DNA from: Malacoraja senta | Taxonomy: Eukaryota | DNA length: 64,000 nt | Direction of reading: 5' to 3' | NCBI GenBank assembly: GCA_038087875.1 | Contig: CM075990.1 | Location: forward strand, 4,032,001-4,096,000 | Part shown: piece after piece, positions 23,985 to 37,084 of the stretch | Layout of the letters: every line of letters begins with the position of its first letter | Position numbering within the stretch: position 1 is the stretch's first letter | Notes under the pieces: generated by a model | What the model saw: only the letters and a program-made list of their open reading frames with translations | What the model was told of the DNA's origin: nothing | Databases searched by the model: none | Position numbers and translations under genes: made by a program

Positions 23985-25867
23985 CTAAGAACCAAAGAGG
24001 TGATATCGTTTAATGTGTTATTTTTGAAAACTGAACATATTACTCAGAAGTTAAATAAGCACATGGGGTGGGAAATGAAGGGCATGGAGTTTTGTTTCTG
24101 TTTTGAGTTGGGTTTCAGGGAGTAGCTGAAAATTATTTCCATCAAGCAGGCAAGACAAGCAACCATACTTAAGGCGATGGGCGGCACCGAGTTGCTACCG
24201 ACAGTGCTAGACCCATGTTCGATTCTGACTATGGGTGCTGTTTTCTATGGGTGCTCTGGTTTTCTCCCACACTCCAAAGATGTACAGGTTTGTAGTTTAA
24301 TTGGCTTTGGTAAAACTGGAAATTGTCCCTGGTAGACACAAAAAGCTGGAGTAACTCAGCAGGACAGGCAGCATCTCTGGAGAGGGAATGGGTGACATTT
24401 CAGGTCGAGACCCTTCTTCAGACCTGAAATGTCACACATTCCTTCTCTCCAGAGATGCTGCCTGTCCCGCTGAGTTACTCCAGCTTTTTGTGTCTACCTT
24501 CGATTTAAACCAGCATCTGCAGTTCTTTCCTCCACTGTAAATTGTCCCTAGTGTGTAGGATGGTGTTAGCCTATGAGGATTGATGGGCCGAAGGGCCTAT
24601 TTACCCGCTGTATCTCTAAACTAAACTCATTTTTGTGAAACACCTGCTTTCATTCACTCTTAATGGCGGAATGTCAAAGATATAAAGTAGCCTATGAAAG
24701 GAACAAATTCCATGTATTCATATTACACGAACTGCAGGAAATTGAATTGAATAGATTGATGCAGGTTGTTCTTTCTGGAAATAAGGTGATCACACGATGA
24801 GCCCTGTGCCCCAATACATCGAGGAAGTAGAGTCATTGGTGAACTTTCTTTGTAATTGCCTCAGAGCTTTGAGAAAATGTGGCATGTCACCAAATACTCT
24901 GTCCAACTCCTGCAGGTGTAGGGTAGAGAGCGTACTGGTTGGTTGCATCATTCATGAGCATAGAAATCCAAATGCTCATGAATGAAGGAGGCTGCAAAAA
25001 AGTAATGGGTATTGCCTGATCCATAGTGAATTTGAAATCAAGGTAACCACTGATGGTAAAAACGTATAGTTCTGCTTTTTTAGACTACTACATTAAACAT
25101 ATTTATCTTGCCTCAGTCCTTAGCGAGTATTTATATAATACAAGCTCCTTTAGAAATCTATACAACTTTGCTTTGGTAGATGGCTATTGGTGAAATGACC
25201 AGTAGTAGCTAAATGATATAATTTAGAGATACAGCATGGAAACAGACCCTTCGGCTCACCGAGTCCACACCGACCAGCGATCATCCTACTTACTAAGGAC
25301 AATTTACAGAAGCCAATTAACCTACAAACCTGTACATCTTTGGAATGTGGGAGGTAACCAAAGCACCCGGAAAAAACTCATGCAGTCAGGGTGAGAACGT
25401 GCAAACTCCATACAGACAGCATAGCTGTGCCACTGTGTATGTGAATCATGAGCAGTTTTTTCCCCCACAACCTTATTGGAGGGGTTTGGTGTGTAATTAG
25501 CCTGGATACCGAGAACAGAATTCATCTTTCAACTGTCTCCAGTGTACCTTTTCAAGTGACTAAGACAACTATCATAGATAAGACTGGAAATTCAGTATGA
25601 AGAAAAATTAAATGCACAATGCACTCTTATTATCTCTATCAAGTCAAATGCACATTAGATGGTTAAAATGCCAATATCAGTCAAAATATGTTATGCTACA
25701 GTAGTGCCAGCTGATTTAAAGGAGAACTAAAATATTGAAATCAACTTTGTAATAAGGTTTGGCTGGAGGGTTGCGGCTCACAACAGCTAAACAGTTTATA
25801 AAGATGATGAGAGAATAACAACTACTCATGGAGAGATCAAAGTCACATCACCTTGTTACAGGCTTAC

Positions 25868-25922
25868 CTATTCGCCTTCCTAGTGTTGTCGGTCTGCCTG
25901 TTGCACAAAATCCAAGCGGAGA
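25868..25922 (-). CDS. ZFAND4: ZFAND4 coding exon 7 (SPLGFCATGRPTTLGRRI, 55 nt)
   Basis: Strong polypyrimidine acceptor ctttcctttccAG, donor G|GTAAGC; phase 0 to 1 bridges the flanking exons exactly. Confidence 0.85.
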
Positions 25923-27189
25923 CTGGAAAGGAAAGATAAGAGCAATATTGTACCCGATATATGCTGGAATCTTAACCAGGGTGAAAGAGTTAAACATGGT
26001 CATTATTTAATCAGTGCCTTGTTCTTTTTTAGCGTGCTTTCTATACTAAAACAATGCTGTTATAACTTTAGAAAATTCTCCCAAAGATAAATATGGCCAT
26101 AGAGTCGAAATGTTCATAATTTCTGGAAGCAAAACTAGGCCATTCGGCCCATCAAGTCTACTCCACCATTCAATCATGGCTGATCTATCTTTCCCTCTCA
26201 ACCCCATTCTCCTGCCTTCTCCCTATAACCCCAGACAAGAATCTGTCAATCTCCGCCTTAATTATATCCATTGGCTTGGCCTCCACAGCCGTCTGTGGCA
26301 ATGAATTCCACAGATTCACCAGCCTCTGGCTAAAGAAATTCCTCCTCATCTCCTTTCTAAAGATACGTCCTTTTTATTCTGAGGCTGTGGTCTCTGGTCC
26401 TAGACTCTCCCATAGTCTAGGAGAGTTGAATGTTGTAAAAAGTAATTACTAGTAGAGGAACCAATCTAAATAATTAAATCAAGATGTACGCTCACTACTT
26501 ATTTATCTCACTCCTCAACTCTAAAAAACTTGTTATTGCAAATGAATGGAAGTGTAAGGAGATAACAGCACGAGAATGACAACGGGGACCTTAGACAATG
26601 CAGGACGATAGTTTCTTTGCCTTCATTAAAGTACAGGAAAAGAAACAGAGCAACAATGAGGAGGAAGGAAGAGCTAATTAAGAATAACATTTGATAGCAA
26701 AAATAAGAAATTAGAAATATATATCAAAGGGAAAAAAACGACAAGGAAAATAATTTTCTAAAAGTTAACATATTGTCAGATAATTCCACTTGAGATAGAG
26801 CTGAATTCAACCTTACCTGAGGAAATGAAACTGGTCATGTGATGAGGGAGGACGCTTTGACAACAATGACTGCAGATTGGTTGAGGCTGGGGCTGTCCCA
26901 TTGTTTAAGAAACAGTTAGACAGGTACATGGATAGGACAGGTTTGGAGGGATATGGACCAAGCGCAGGCAACTGGGACTAGTATAGCTGGGACATTGTTG
27001 GCCGGTGTGGGCAAGTTGGGCAGAAGGGCCTGTTTCCACACTGTATCACTCTATGATGTCTGAGGCTCCACATGATAGAGAACAGATGGAACGTTGGACG
27101 GAGCATTGGTAGAAGAATCTAGTGTAGATTCATATTGGCAGGACATATACAGTGAGATGCGTTGTATTGTTCTAAGAACTGTTGATGAA

Positions 27190-29283
27190 TCTTAATGGTC
27201 ATGGTCACAGATGCCCAGAAGTGGCAAGACAGGTGGAACGAGTGGTGGAGGTGGTAATATGGCACATTTCCCTTCACAAGTCAGGCAGAGAATATCAGTC
27301 TGAAGAAGGGTCTCGACCCAAAACGTCACCCATTCCTTCTCTCCTGAGATGCTGCCTGTCCCGCTGAGTTACCCCAGCATTTTGTGTCTACTTTGGATTT
27401 AAACCAGCATCTGCAATTCTTTCCTACACAGAGAATATAAAAGTTGGGGCATCATATAGTGACTTTACAAAACAATGGTTCGACCATGTTTGGAGTATTG
27501 TGTGCAGCTCTGGTCACAATACTACTGGAAAGATGCGATTGTTCCAGAGAGTATGCAGGGGAGATTCACCAGAATGTTTAAGAAGGAGCTGCGGATGCTG
27601 GTTTATGCCGAAGTTGACACGGTGCTGGAGTTACTCAGCGGGCTGGGCAGCATCTCTGGGGGAAAAAGGATGGGTGACGTTTCAGGCCCTTCTGAAGAAG
27701 GATTCCAACCCGTTTCAGGCCCTTCATCCTTTTTCTCCAAAGATGCTGCTTGACCTGCTGAGTTACTCCAGTACTATGTGTACATCTTCATCAGGATGCT
27801 GCCAGGATTGGAACACTTTTGTTATCAGCAGTGACTGGATATGCTGGGCTTATTTTCACTGGAGTGAAAGAGGCTGAGAACGGATTTAATAGGGGGTGTA
27901 TCAAATTATAAGAGGCATAGTTCGAGGAGATTGCCAGAATCTCTCTTTAAGGTGAGGGGGAAAGATTTAATAGGACCCCGAGCGGCAACTTTTTATTTTT
28001 ACACAAAGATTGGTAGATATGGTACAAGCTGCCAGAGGAGATGGTTGAGGCTTTAAAAACATTTGCACAGGTACATGGATAGGATAGGCTTAGAGGAATA
28101 AGGGCCAAATGCAGGCAGGTAGGACTAGTGTAGATGGGGCATGTTGGTCGGCATGGACAAGTTGGGCTGAAGGGCCTGTGTCCACGCTGTACGAGTCGAT
28201 GACCATGAATCTTTCACAATCAAAAACAAAGGGGCATCGTTTCAGGGTAAGAGGAAGGAGATTTAAAGCAGATGTACACTCAGCTATAGATGGTAGTGCA
28301 ATCAGATACAATTATTACGTTTAAAAAGCAGTTCGACAGACACCTCAACAGGCTAGGCACAGAAAGATACAGATCTGATGAAGGTAAATGGGATTAGGGT
28401 CGACAGATAATTCAGTCAGCAAGATTGTGGTGGACTGAGGGGGTCTGTCTCTGTGTTGACTCTATAATATCCAACAACTGCAGGAACATTAAATATTTAA
28501 GAAAGAACTGCAGATGCTGGAAAAATCAAAGGTACACAAAAGTGCTGGAGAAACTCAGTGGGTGAGGCAGCATCTATGGAGCGAAGGAATAGGTGACGTT
28601 TCGGGTCTCAACCCGCTGAGTTTCTCCAGCACTTTTGTCTACCTTCGGAACATTTAATATGATCATTTCTGAGAAGCAGTTGTTGAGGGCCATTTGAGGA
28701 ACAGAAATCAGGTCACACATCGTTAGGTACCCAATCTAAACTTTGCAGCAAGTTTAAATTTACTTTAAACAGTGTAACTGTGGTCATTTGAGGGAGTGCA
28801 GCGTAGGTTTACAAGGTTAATTCCCGGGATGGCGGGACTGTCATATGCTGAGAGAATGGAACAGCTGGGCTTGTACACTCTGGAGTTTAGAAGGATGAGA
28901 GGGAATCTAATTGAAACATATAAGATTGTTAAGGGTTTGGACACGCTAGAGGCAGGAAACATGTTCCCGATTTTGGGAGAGTCCAGAACCAGGTGCCACA
29001 GTTCAAGAATAAGGAGTAAGCCATGTAGAACGGAGACGAGGAAACACTTTTTCCCACAGAGAGTTGTGAGTCTGTGGAATTCTCTGCCTCAGAGGGTGGT
29101 GGAGGCCAGTTCTCTGGATACTTTCAAGAGAGAGCTAGATAGGGCTCTTAAAGATAGCAGAGTCAGGGGATATGGGGAGAAGGCAGGAAAGGGGTATTGA
29201 TTAGGGATGAACAGCCATGATCACATTGAATGGCGGTGCTGGCTCGACGGGCCAAATGGCCCACTCCTGCACCTATTGTCTAT
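27190..29283 (+). mobile_element. Cluster of CR1 3' fragments with nested Penelope-derived mini-insertions
   Basis: MVRPCLEYCVQLW (27475..), ORF 28796..29200 (QRRFTRLIPG...RVVSLWNSLP). Confidence 0.85.
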
Positions 29284-29599
29284 TTCTTGAAGCTCACGGA
29301 GAAGTCAAGGGCAGCTTTTGCAGAGTTAAAGGTGGAGCAACAGAAATCAGGCACCATCACACAATGACTCACAACTCTCAGCAGTCCTCTTCCTTACAAA
29401 TAATTTATGACTGATAACTTTCTTCTACATTCCTAGCTCAGAGGAACTCTGACCACCATTTTTGCTCTTCACAGTTGTGGCAGACTCCTCGCACCCTCTC
29501 CAACCCAAGATGCGTGGCAACCAGGGAACTGCTAGCAGACTCGGGTACTATCGCCATGCTTAAGAAACATATAGACAGGTACATAGATAGGGTACATTT

Positions 29600-30772
29600 A
29601 CATAGAAACATAGAAAATAGGTGCAGGAGTAGGCCATTCGGCCCTTCGAGCCTGCACCGCCATTCAATATGATCATGGCTGATCATCCAACTCAGTATCC
29701 TGTACCTGCCTTCTCTCCATACCCCCTGATACCTTTAGCCACAAGGGTCACATCTAATTCCCTCTTAAATATAGCCAATGAACTGGCCTCAACTACCTTC
29801 TGTGGCAGAGAATTCCAGAGATTCACCACTCTCTGTGTGAAAAATGTTTTTCTCATCTCGGTCCTAAAAGATTTCCCCTCTATCCTTAAACTGTGACCCC
29901 TTGTTCTGGACTTCCCCAACATCGGGAACAATCTTCCTGCATCTAGCCTGTCCAACCCCTTAAGAATTGTGTATGTTTCTATAAGATCCCCCCTCAATCT
30001 TCTAAATTCTAGCGAGTACAAGCCAAGTCTATCCAGTCTTTCTTCATATGAAAGTCCTGATATCGCAGGAATCAGTCTGGTGAACCTTCTCTGTACTCCC
30101 TCTATGGCAAGAATGTCTTTCCTCCGATTAGGAGACCAAAACCGTACGCAATACTCCAGGTGTGGTACAATTGCAGTAGAACCTCCCTGCTCCTATACTC
30201 AAATTCTTTTGCTATGAATGCTAACATACCATTCGCTTTCTTCACTGCCTGCTGCACCTGCATGCCTACTTTCAATGACTGGTGTACCATGACACCCAGG
30301 TCTCGTTGCATCTCCCCTTTTCCTAATCGGCCGCCATTCAGATAATAGTCTACTTTCCTGTTTTTGCCACCAAAGTGGATAACCTCACATTTATCCACAT
30401 TATACTGCATCTGCCATGCATTTGCCCACTCACCCAGCCTATCCAAGTCACCTTGCAGCCTCCTAGCATCCTCTTCACAGCTAACACTGCCCCCCAGCTT
30501 CGTGTCATCCGCAAACTTGGAGATGTTGCATTCAATTCCCTCGTCCAAATCATTAATATATATTGTAAATAGCTGGGGTCCCAGCACTGAGCCTTGCGGT
30601 ACCCCACTAGTCACTGCCTGCCATTGTGAAAAGGACCCGTTTACTCCTACTCTTTGCTTCCTGTCTGCCAGCCAGTTCTCTATCCACATCAATACTGAAC
30701 CACCAATACCGTGTGCTTTAAGTTTGTATACTAATCTCTTATGTGGGACCTTGTCGAAAGCCTTCTGAAAGT
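29600..30772 (-). mobile_element. CR1 3' 1.17 kb, near-identical to 16753-17910
   Basis: ORFs 30102..30692 ([20 protein letters not shown]) and 29692..30021; same catagaaacatagaaa tail. Confidence 0.95.
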
Positions 30773-33534
30773 CTTTTGGAGGGATATGGGCTAAAAGCAG
30801 GCAGGCGGGTCTAGTATAGATGGGACAAGTTGGTCGGCGTGAGCAAGTGGGCCGAAGGGCCTGTTTCCACGCTGTATGATTCTATGCCATATTATCACTA
30901 AGTTAAAATTGTAGTACTGACCGTTCAGCGCAGGCCATCTTCTCTGCACAAATTAATTTATAAGTAGAAACGAGGAACTGCAGATGCTGGTTAATGTACA
31001 AAAGGACGTAAAGTATTAGAGAAACTCAGCAGGTCAAGCAGCATCTCTGGAGAAAGTGGATAGGTGACGTTTCGGGTCGAGACCCTTCTTCAGATGCATG
31101 TCTAGAAGTTTATATACCTTTATCAGGTCACCCCTCAGCCTTCTCCTCTCCAGGAAACTCCTAGTCTATCTAATCTCCTTATAACTTCAGTGCTCCAATC
31201 CTGGCACCATCTTGGTGAATCATCCCAGTGAATCTCCTCTGCATTCACAATGCAATCACTTTCTTTCCAGTGTGGCGATCTAAACTGCACATAATACTCC
31301 AAGAGTGGCAAATTAATCAAAATTAGCTAAGTTGGCAATTCAAAAAAATGTCAATGCTAGAAATCTGAAATAATGCTGCTGCCTCAGCAAGGCCACAAGC
31401 ATAATCAAGGACCAGTCTCACCCCTGTCACTCCCTCTTCTCCCCTCTCCCATTAGGCAAGAGGTACAGAAGTTTGAAAACGCACACCTCCAGATTCAGGG
31501 ACAGATTATTTCCCGGCTATTATCAGGCAACTGAAAGGTCCTATCATATGCTAGAACGTGGTCCTGACCTCCCAGCCACCTTATTGGAAACTTTTGGACT
31601 TTAATGTTATATCTTTGCACTAAATATTGTACCCTTAATCCATGATCCTTGATCTTTAACCTTGCACGTCTTGATTGTATTACATATAGTCTTTACTTTG
31701 ACTGGATACCACGCAAACAAAAGATTTCCACTGTATCTCGGTACACGTTACAATAATGAAATACACTAAGACCAAAAATGCTGGACCATTCATGAGACAG
31801 CATCCTCAGCCTGCTGCCTGACTACTGGGCATTTAGAGCATTTTCAGTCTTTAATAAAGGTCAATGGGAGTCTGTCCACAAGATTGCCACTGGTTGTGTC
31901 CCACCAAGCTCAGTACCTTCAGCCTCGTTTCATGTGATGTGTGTTAATAGCTTAGCGTCAATTGTAGGGAGAACAATATCGAAGATTGCCAACAAAAACT
32001 GGCTGCAATGGTGTACAGTGAGGAAGAAAGTATTAGATGACAGGAAGATATCGATGTTCTGGTCAGTCGGGCAGAAAAATTGTAAATAGAAAATAGAGAA
32101 GTGTACAGTAATTCAATTGAGGAAGTAGAACAAAAGGAACATCGAACAAATGGGTAGCGGTGGAGTTGCTGCCTCACAGCGTCAGCTTGGTCTCACCTGG
32201 ACTGTGTGTCCGCAGGTTCAGCAGGCCAAGGCAACAGAGGTCAAATGGTTTAAAGGTTATATTGCACACTTTCGTCTAATTTCATGGACTGTAGGAGCTG
32301 GGATATGGGTGCAGGCCAGAACTATATCGCACACTAATCAAGCCAGAGCATCAATACTTTAATCTGTTCCAGCCACCACATTGCAGAAAAGACAATGATT
32401 GCACTGGAAGCTTCGCAAGATTAACAGAAACGGAAAATGATGTGTGATCAAGATCACATCAACTGGAACAGTAGCAAGATTGCATTATCATGTGGGGCTC
32501 AGATAGAATACACAATAAAATTATTTTTCCATGAAATGACCTAACACCAGGTAGCACAAATTTGAAGAAATTGGTAGAATTAGCATTCTAGGGAAAGGAT
32601 TTAGTCAAGCAAAGCAGAATTACAAAAGTTATACGTGCTAGACAACATTGTTATTTTAACACCAGAAGAAGACGATGTGAATAATGTGAGTATACTGGTG
32701 ATGGAAGGATAAATATCCGGCACTGGGTCTTTAGTTTAGTTTCTTATTGCCACGTGCACCAAGGTGCAGTGAAAAGCTGTGTCGGAAGGAACTGCAGATG
32801 CTAGTTCACACCGAAGATGGGCACAAAATGCTGGAGTAACTCAGCGGGTCAGGCAGCATCTCTGAAGAAAGGGATTAGGTGATGTTTCGGGTCGAAACCC
32901 TTCAGGAATTGGTGATGGTATTGACCCAAAACGTCACCTTTTCCTTTTCTCCAGAGATGCTGCCTGACCCGCTGAGTTACTCTGGCATTTTGTGTCCATC
33001 TACAGTGAAAAGCTTCGTGTTGCACGCTAACCAGTCAGCGAAAAAGTCTATACATGATGCACTTTGTGCAGAGGATCACACAAATCAATTTGAAAGACCC
33101 TGCAAACTCGCCAAAAAGCATGGAAGTCTATTTTGATTGACTTAACGCAGCCGGGATTTGGCACTGCAGGAGCAACAAGGAGATTTTAAAGAAGTTGTCG
33201 TTTTGTGTCGATGTAACTGCAGTATGGAAATGTTGACGTGCGAAGTTAGGAGCAGACCTGAGGTGTATTATTCAGTTTAGTTTATTGTCACGTGTACCGA
33301 GGTACAGTGAAAAGCTTTTGTTGCGTGCTAACCAGCCGGCAGAAAGACAACACATTACAATCGAGCCATTAACAGTGTAGATTTTAAAAAGTGGAGCGGT
33401 TGAAATGTAATTGTGGATCTGCTTCTGCGGAATAGCCGTCAGGGGGTTGGGCACCATCCTGGAAGTCAATGTGCAGCAGTAAAACAGTTACATAGAGTAC
33501 AACTAATTTCAAAACAAAAGTGGAATTCACTTAC

Positions 33535-34725
33535 AACAAATGCATTTGGAACTCGATCTGGTGATGCAATGCCTCCAAAAATCTCTTCATGAAAATTCTG
33601 AATGCTAGCAGGTAGTGCAATACCAGACGTCCACTGTCGGCCTGTCCCACAGTTACTCTGCATATTGTCCCTGGAAGTGCTTCGAGCCAGCGAAGCAAAT
33701 GTGCCGACATTTCTTGTAGAGTCCAACGTCTCCGTCGTTGCTTTGTTTGCCATCTCCGTCGGAGAAACCACTTCCGTTTTCTTTCCGGGGGAATCTAGTT
33801 TGAGCCCTCGGAACCTGCTTCCCTTCGACAGTGAAATGCCAGGAAAACCATCGCTATCCTGAAGCGAGTGTAGGAGCTGCGGTGACGTCGGAGACGTTAG
33901 GCTACTTACGTCAAAGGTCTTTGGGGGTCTTTGAGGTGCAAGAGTAATCAAGGAGTTATGAGAGATTGTTGCAGGATATCTAGTGGGTTGGATTAATTTA
34001 TCCTTTGGAAGTAACTCAGCGAAACTTGATTTCCCAGATTCCATGGGAACACATCCCAGTGGATTTGGAAAAACTGGTCTAATAATATTTGGTTCCACGA
34101 TATCCTTTTCTGGAGGCTGGGACTCTTCCTTGATGTGTTCACTCAACAAAGTTTTAAGTCCAATTTCACTCAGTAGCTTTGCCTCTTCAGCACGATCAGC
34201 ATCGATGGACAAGGCAAGTTCGTTCGCAGAATCATCAGCTACTCTTTTATCTTCCGAAAGAGTCACTTCGGTATCTGGGCACTTGACCCCCGAGCCACCT
34301 GCCGTGCAGCCAGTTACAAAGTCCGTACAAATAGTCGGAGCGTTCCTGTAGTCTTGAGAAGCGAGCGACGGAAGCATCTTCTGTTGCCGCGGGCTCTTCA
34401 ACTCTTCCTGCAGGATCCTGCCGGGCGACGGAATAGCGCTCTGGAGCAGAGGAGTCAAGTCGGCGGTTTCGTCGTCCTTCAGCAGGAAGCCGCTCGACGA
34501 CGTCGATGGAGCCAAGCTGATGCCGGAGGCAAAGTTGGGACTCAGCACGTTGTGGTAGGAAAAAGCTGGGTGCTGGTCAACAGGAGGTAGATACAGTGTG
34601 TGATTGAGAGATGGCCCGTTGTGAGGGAGCACTCGGAAAAGGCGATGACGAGCCGCAGTAACCGAGCTACTCGTCGGTCTTGGTGCCATGGGAGGCCTCG
34701 GCTTCACCTTGGCAATCTTCTTGGG
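33535..34725 (-). CDS. ZFAND4: ZFAND4 large coding exon 6 (397 codons, Ser/Pro-rich linker)
   Basis: tttttgcaaaAG|CCC acceptor, GTT|GTAAGT donor, 1191 nt open. Begins PKKIAKVKPRPPMAPRP..RHRLFRVLP and contains FRGLKLDSPGK and FASLARSTSR, as in ZFAND4. Confidence 0.95.
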
Positions 34726-36201
34726 CTTTTGCAAAAACAAAACAAAATACAAATGAAAGAATATCACTCAGGAACACATTTTCCTCCAGTTTAAAAGAAG
34801 GAACAATTTAACAAGTAGAAATTAAATGTAATACAACTATAATCTCTAGTAAAAATATTTTTTAAACTCTGTTCTTGATTCGAGGGTGGTGAATGTGTGG
34901 AATTCATTGCCATAGACAGCTGTGGAGGCCGTTAATAGGCATTTTTAAGGCAGAGATAGATAGATACTTGATCAGTGAGGGTGTCAGGGAGAAGGCAGGA
35001 GAATGGGGTTGAGAGGGAAGATGGATCAGCTGTAATTAAATGGCAGAGTAGACTTGATGGGCCAAATGGCCTAATTCTTCTCCTATAACTAATGAATTTA
35101 TGATTCACTCACTGGATTTTGCCATCAATGGGAAAAAATAGATCCAAAACCCATCGAGTAAAACGTTGAAAGCTGTTCTCCAGTTTATAGGAACTGCTTT
35201 GCCACCCATGGGAATTTGAGGATGTTGGCCACGGCTCCAAAAAGAATTTAGTCAAAACAATAATACAGTAACAGATTGCAAAATAAAGATTGTGTAAAGA
35301 GATGAACAGGAACACACGACTGTTGATTTCTTTGTCAATACCAGATGAATACCTGTGGGATTTTAACAAATGTTTTCAGTCGCTCTGCTCCGCTGGCCCA
35401 AAGGGCCGAACGACCAACTCCTGCACCTATTCTCTATGTTTCGATGGGATAAACCAGCATCTGGAGTTCACTTCCCACACACCACACTTCACTGCTGTGT
35501 TAACTGGGCTTATTTAGAGCAGCAATTGTTTTCAATGCCCTCAAACCGAACAAGAGAAAAGGTACAAAACGATCCTCGTAGCTTGTCTAACCTCCCAGCT
35601 GAAAGAGCACTTTGAATGTTTAGCAAAGACAAATCCAAGCTTGACAAGATAAATTTGAGTCCAACCTCCAACCATCGCTTAGACATCCAGACGATGATCA
35701 AGTAGGGCATTACTACTTCAGACATTACATTTCATTTAATTCCTAGTCCAATATAACTAGTCTCCACATTTGTTGCACTCATTTTTAGCAAATAAATTGT
35801 TATTTCCTCATTTTCCATATGGCACAATTTCCTCTTGTAATTTAAATTTCCTGTTATCTTCTGGTCACAAATCTTTGAATCCTTTCAAAGCACACCCTCT
35901 TCACCCTTTAATGACTCTTTACATTTTATGCTCAATTCTTTTTCTCAGAGCTACTCTTGCTAATTTTACCATTTATTGTCATAACAATCAAATTAACCTA
36001 AAATAAAATTGATCATTCAAACTCCAATATACTGAAGGATGATTCGTGATTGGCTTTCGCCCCAGGTCTTGTTTAATTAAGTAAAGGAAGCAGCAATGAT
36101 GGGGATCTATTGCTGTAGGAAGGAACTGTCTGAAGAAGGGTCTCGACCCGAAACGTCACCCATTCTTTCTATCCGGACATGCTGCCTGTCCCGCTGAGTT
36201 A

Positions 36202-36531
36202 AAGCCCTGTCCCACGGTATGAGTTCATTCCAAGAGTTCTCCCGAGTTTGCCCTGATTTGAACTCGGAGATTTACGGTAATGGCCACTTGTCGGTAGTCG
36301 GGGCTCTCGTGGACATTTTTCAACATGTTGAAAAATCTTCACGAATCTTCCTGTGCTTACCTGCCGTTAGCGAGTCTTCCCGAGTACCTGCCGTTAGCGT
36401 TACGAGCCGCTCAGAGACGTCCCCGAGCTCCGACGTACCCGCTACGTTCATTCTCCGTGCTTACCACGAGTTTGATTTTTTTTAAACTCGGGACAGCTCT
36501 TGGAATGAACTCGTACCGTGGGACAGGACTA
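36202..36531. mobile_element. PIF/Harbinger-like MITE (330 bp), TTA TSD
   Basis: ~48-bp TIRs (cctgtcccacggta.gagttcattccaagag...), TTA at 36199-36201 and 36532-36534; splits the repeat motif ctgagTTActccag. Confidence 0.85.
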
Positions 36532-36609
36532 TTACTCCAGCATTTTGTGTCTATCCTAGAGATATATTGTATGAGATCTAATCGGTAACTTGTTTCCCAC
36601 TGCAATTAC

Positions 36610-36757
36610 CTTTTTACTGAGGTTCATATTTTCCATCTTTGTCTTCAGAAGTTTCATTTTGTTCATAGTGATGGAATTTTCTAATATCTGCTGCCCAGAT
36701 GGAGACTCCTCAGACTCATCTTCATCATCAGCGTATAGGTTGAACATTGAGCCTCCA
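36610..36757 (-). CDS. ZFAND4: ZFAND4 coding exon 5 (SGGSMFNLY...ENSITMNKMKLLKTKMENMNLSKK)
   Basis: attttaAG acceptor, AAG|GTAATT donor, 148 nt; ORF 36556..36747. Confidence 0.95.
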
Positions 36758-37084
36758 CTTAAAATCAGAAAAAAATATTTAAATCTACCGTGTCACCAAC
36801 AAAAAAATAAGTCCTTTCACAAAGATGCAGAACATTACTGAAGTACAATACAGTTTTGAATCAGAAAACCAGAGGTTGTGTTCAAATCTCTCCCCAAGTG
36901 ACACAGAATTAAATTAAATAAGTGTGGCTGGATAGTAGAAAGTGAAGGTTTGTTAACTACTGGCCTTCACGGTGTGCGTCTAATTCCACATTAGTAACAC
37001 GAGGAGTGTGAAAAAATGCCTTTCCAGAATCATGCATGTTAATTTAATAAAATTAAGTATTAATCATCGCACTCTTTGGAAAGG

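Noticed and set aside
26817..26869. Possible extra ZFAND4 exon ending CAG|GTAAGG
   Set aside because: ~53 nt would break frame, the acceptor is weak and abuts a CR1 fragment, and the gene model closes without it.
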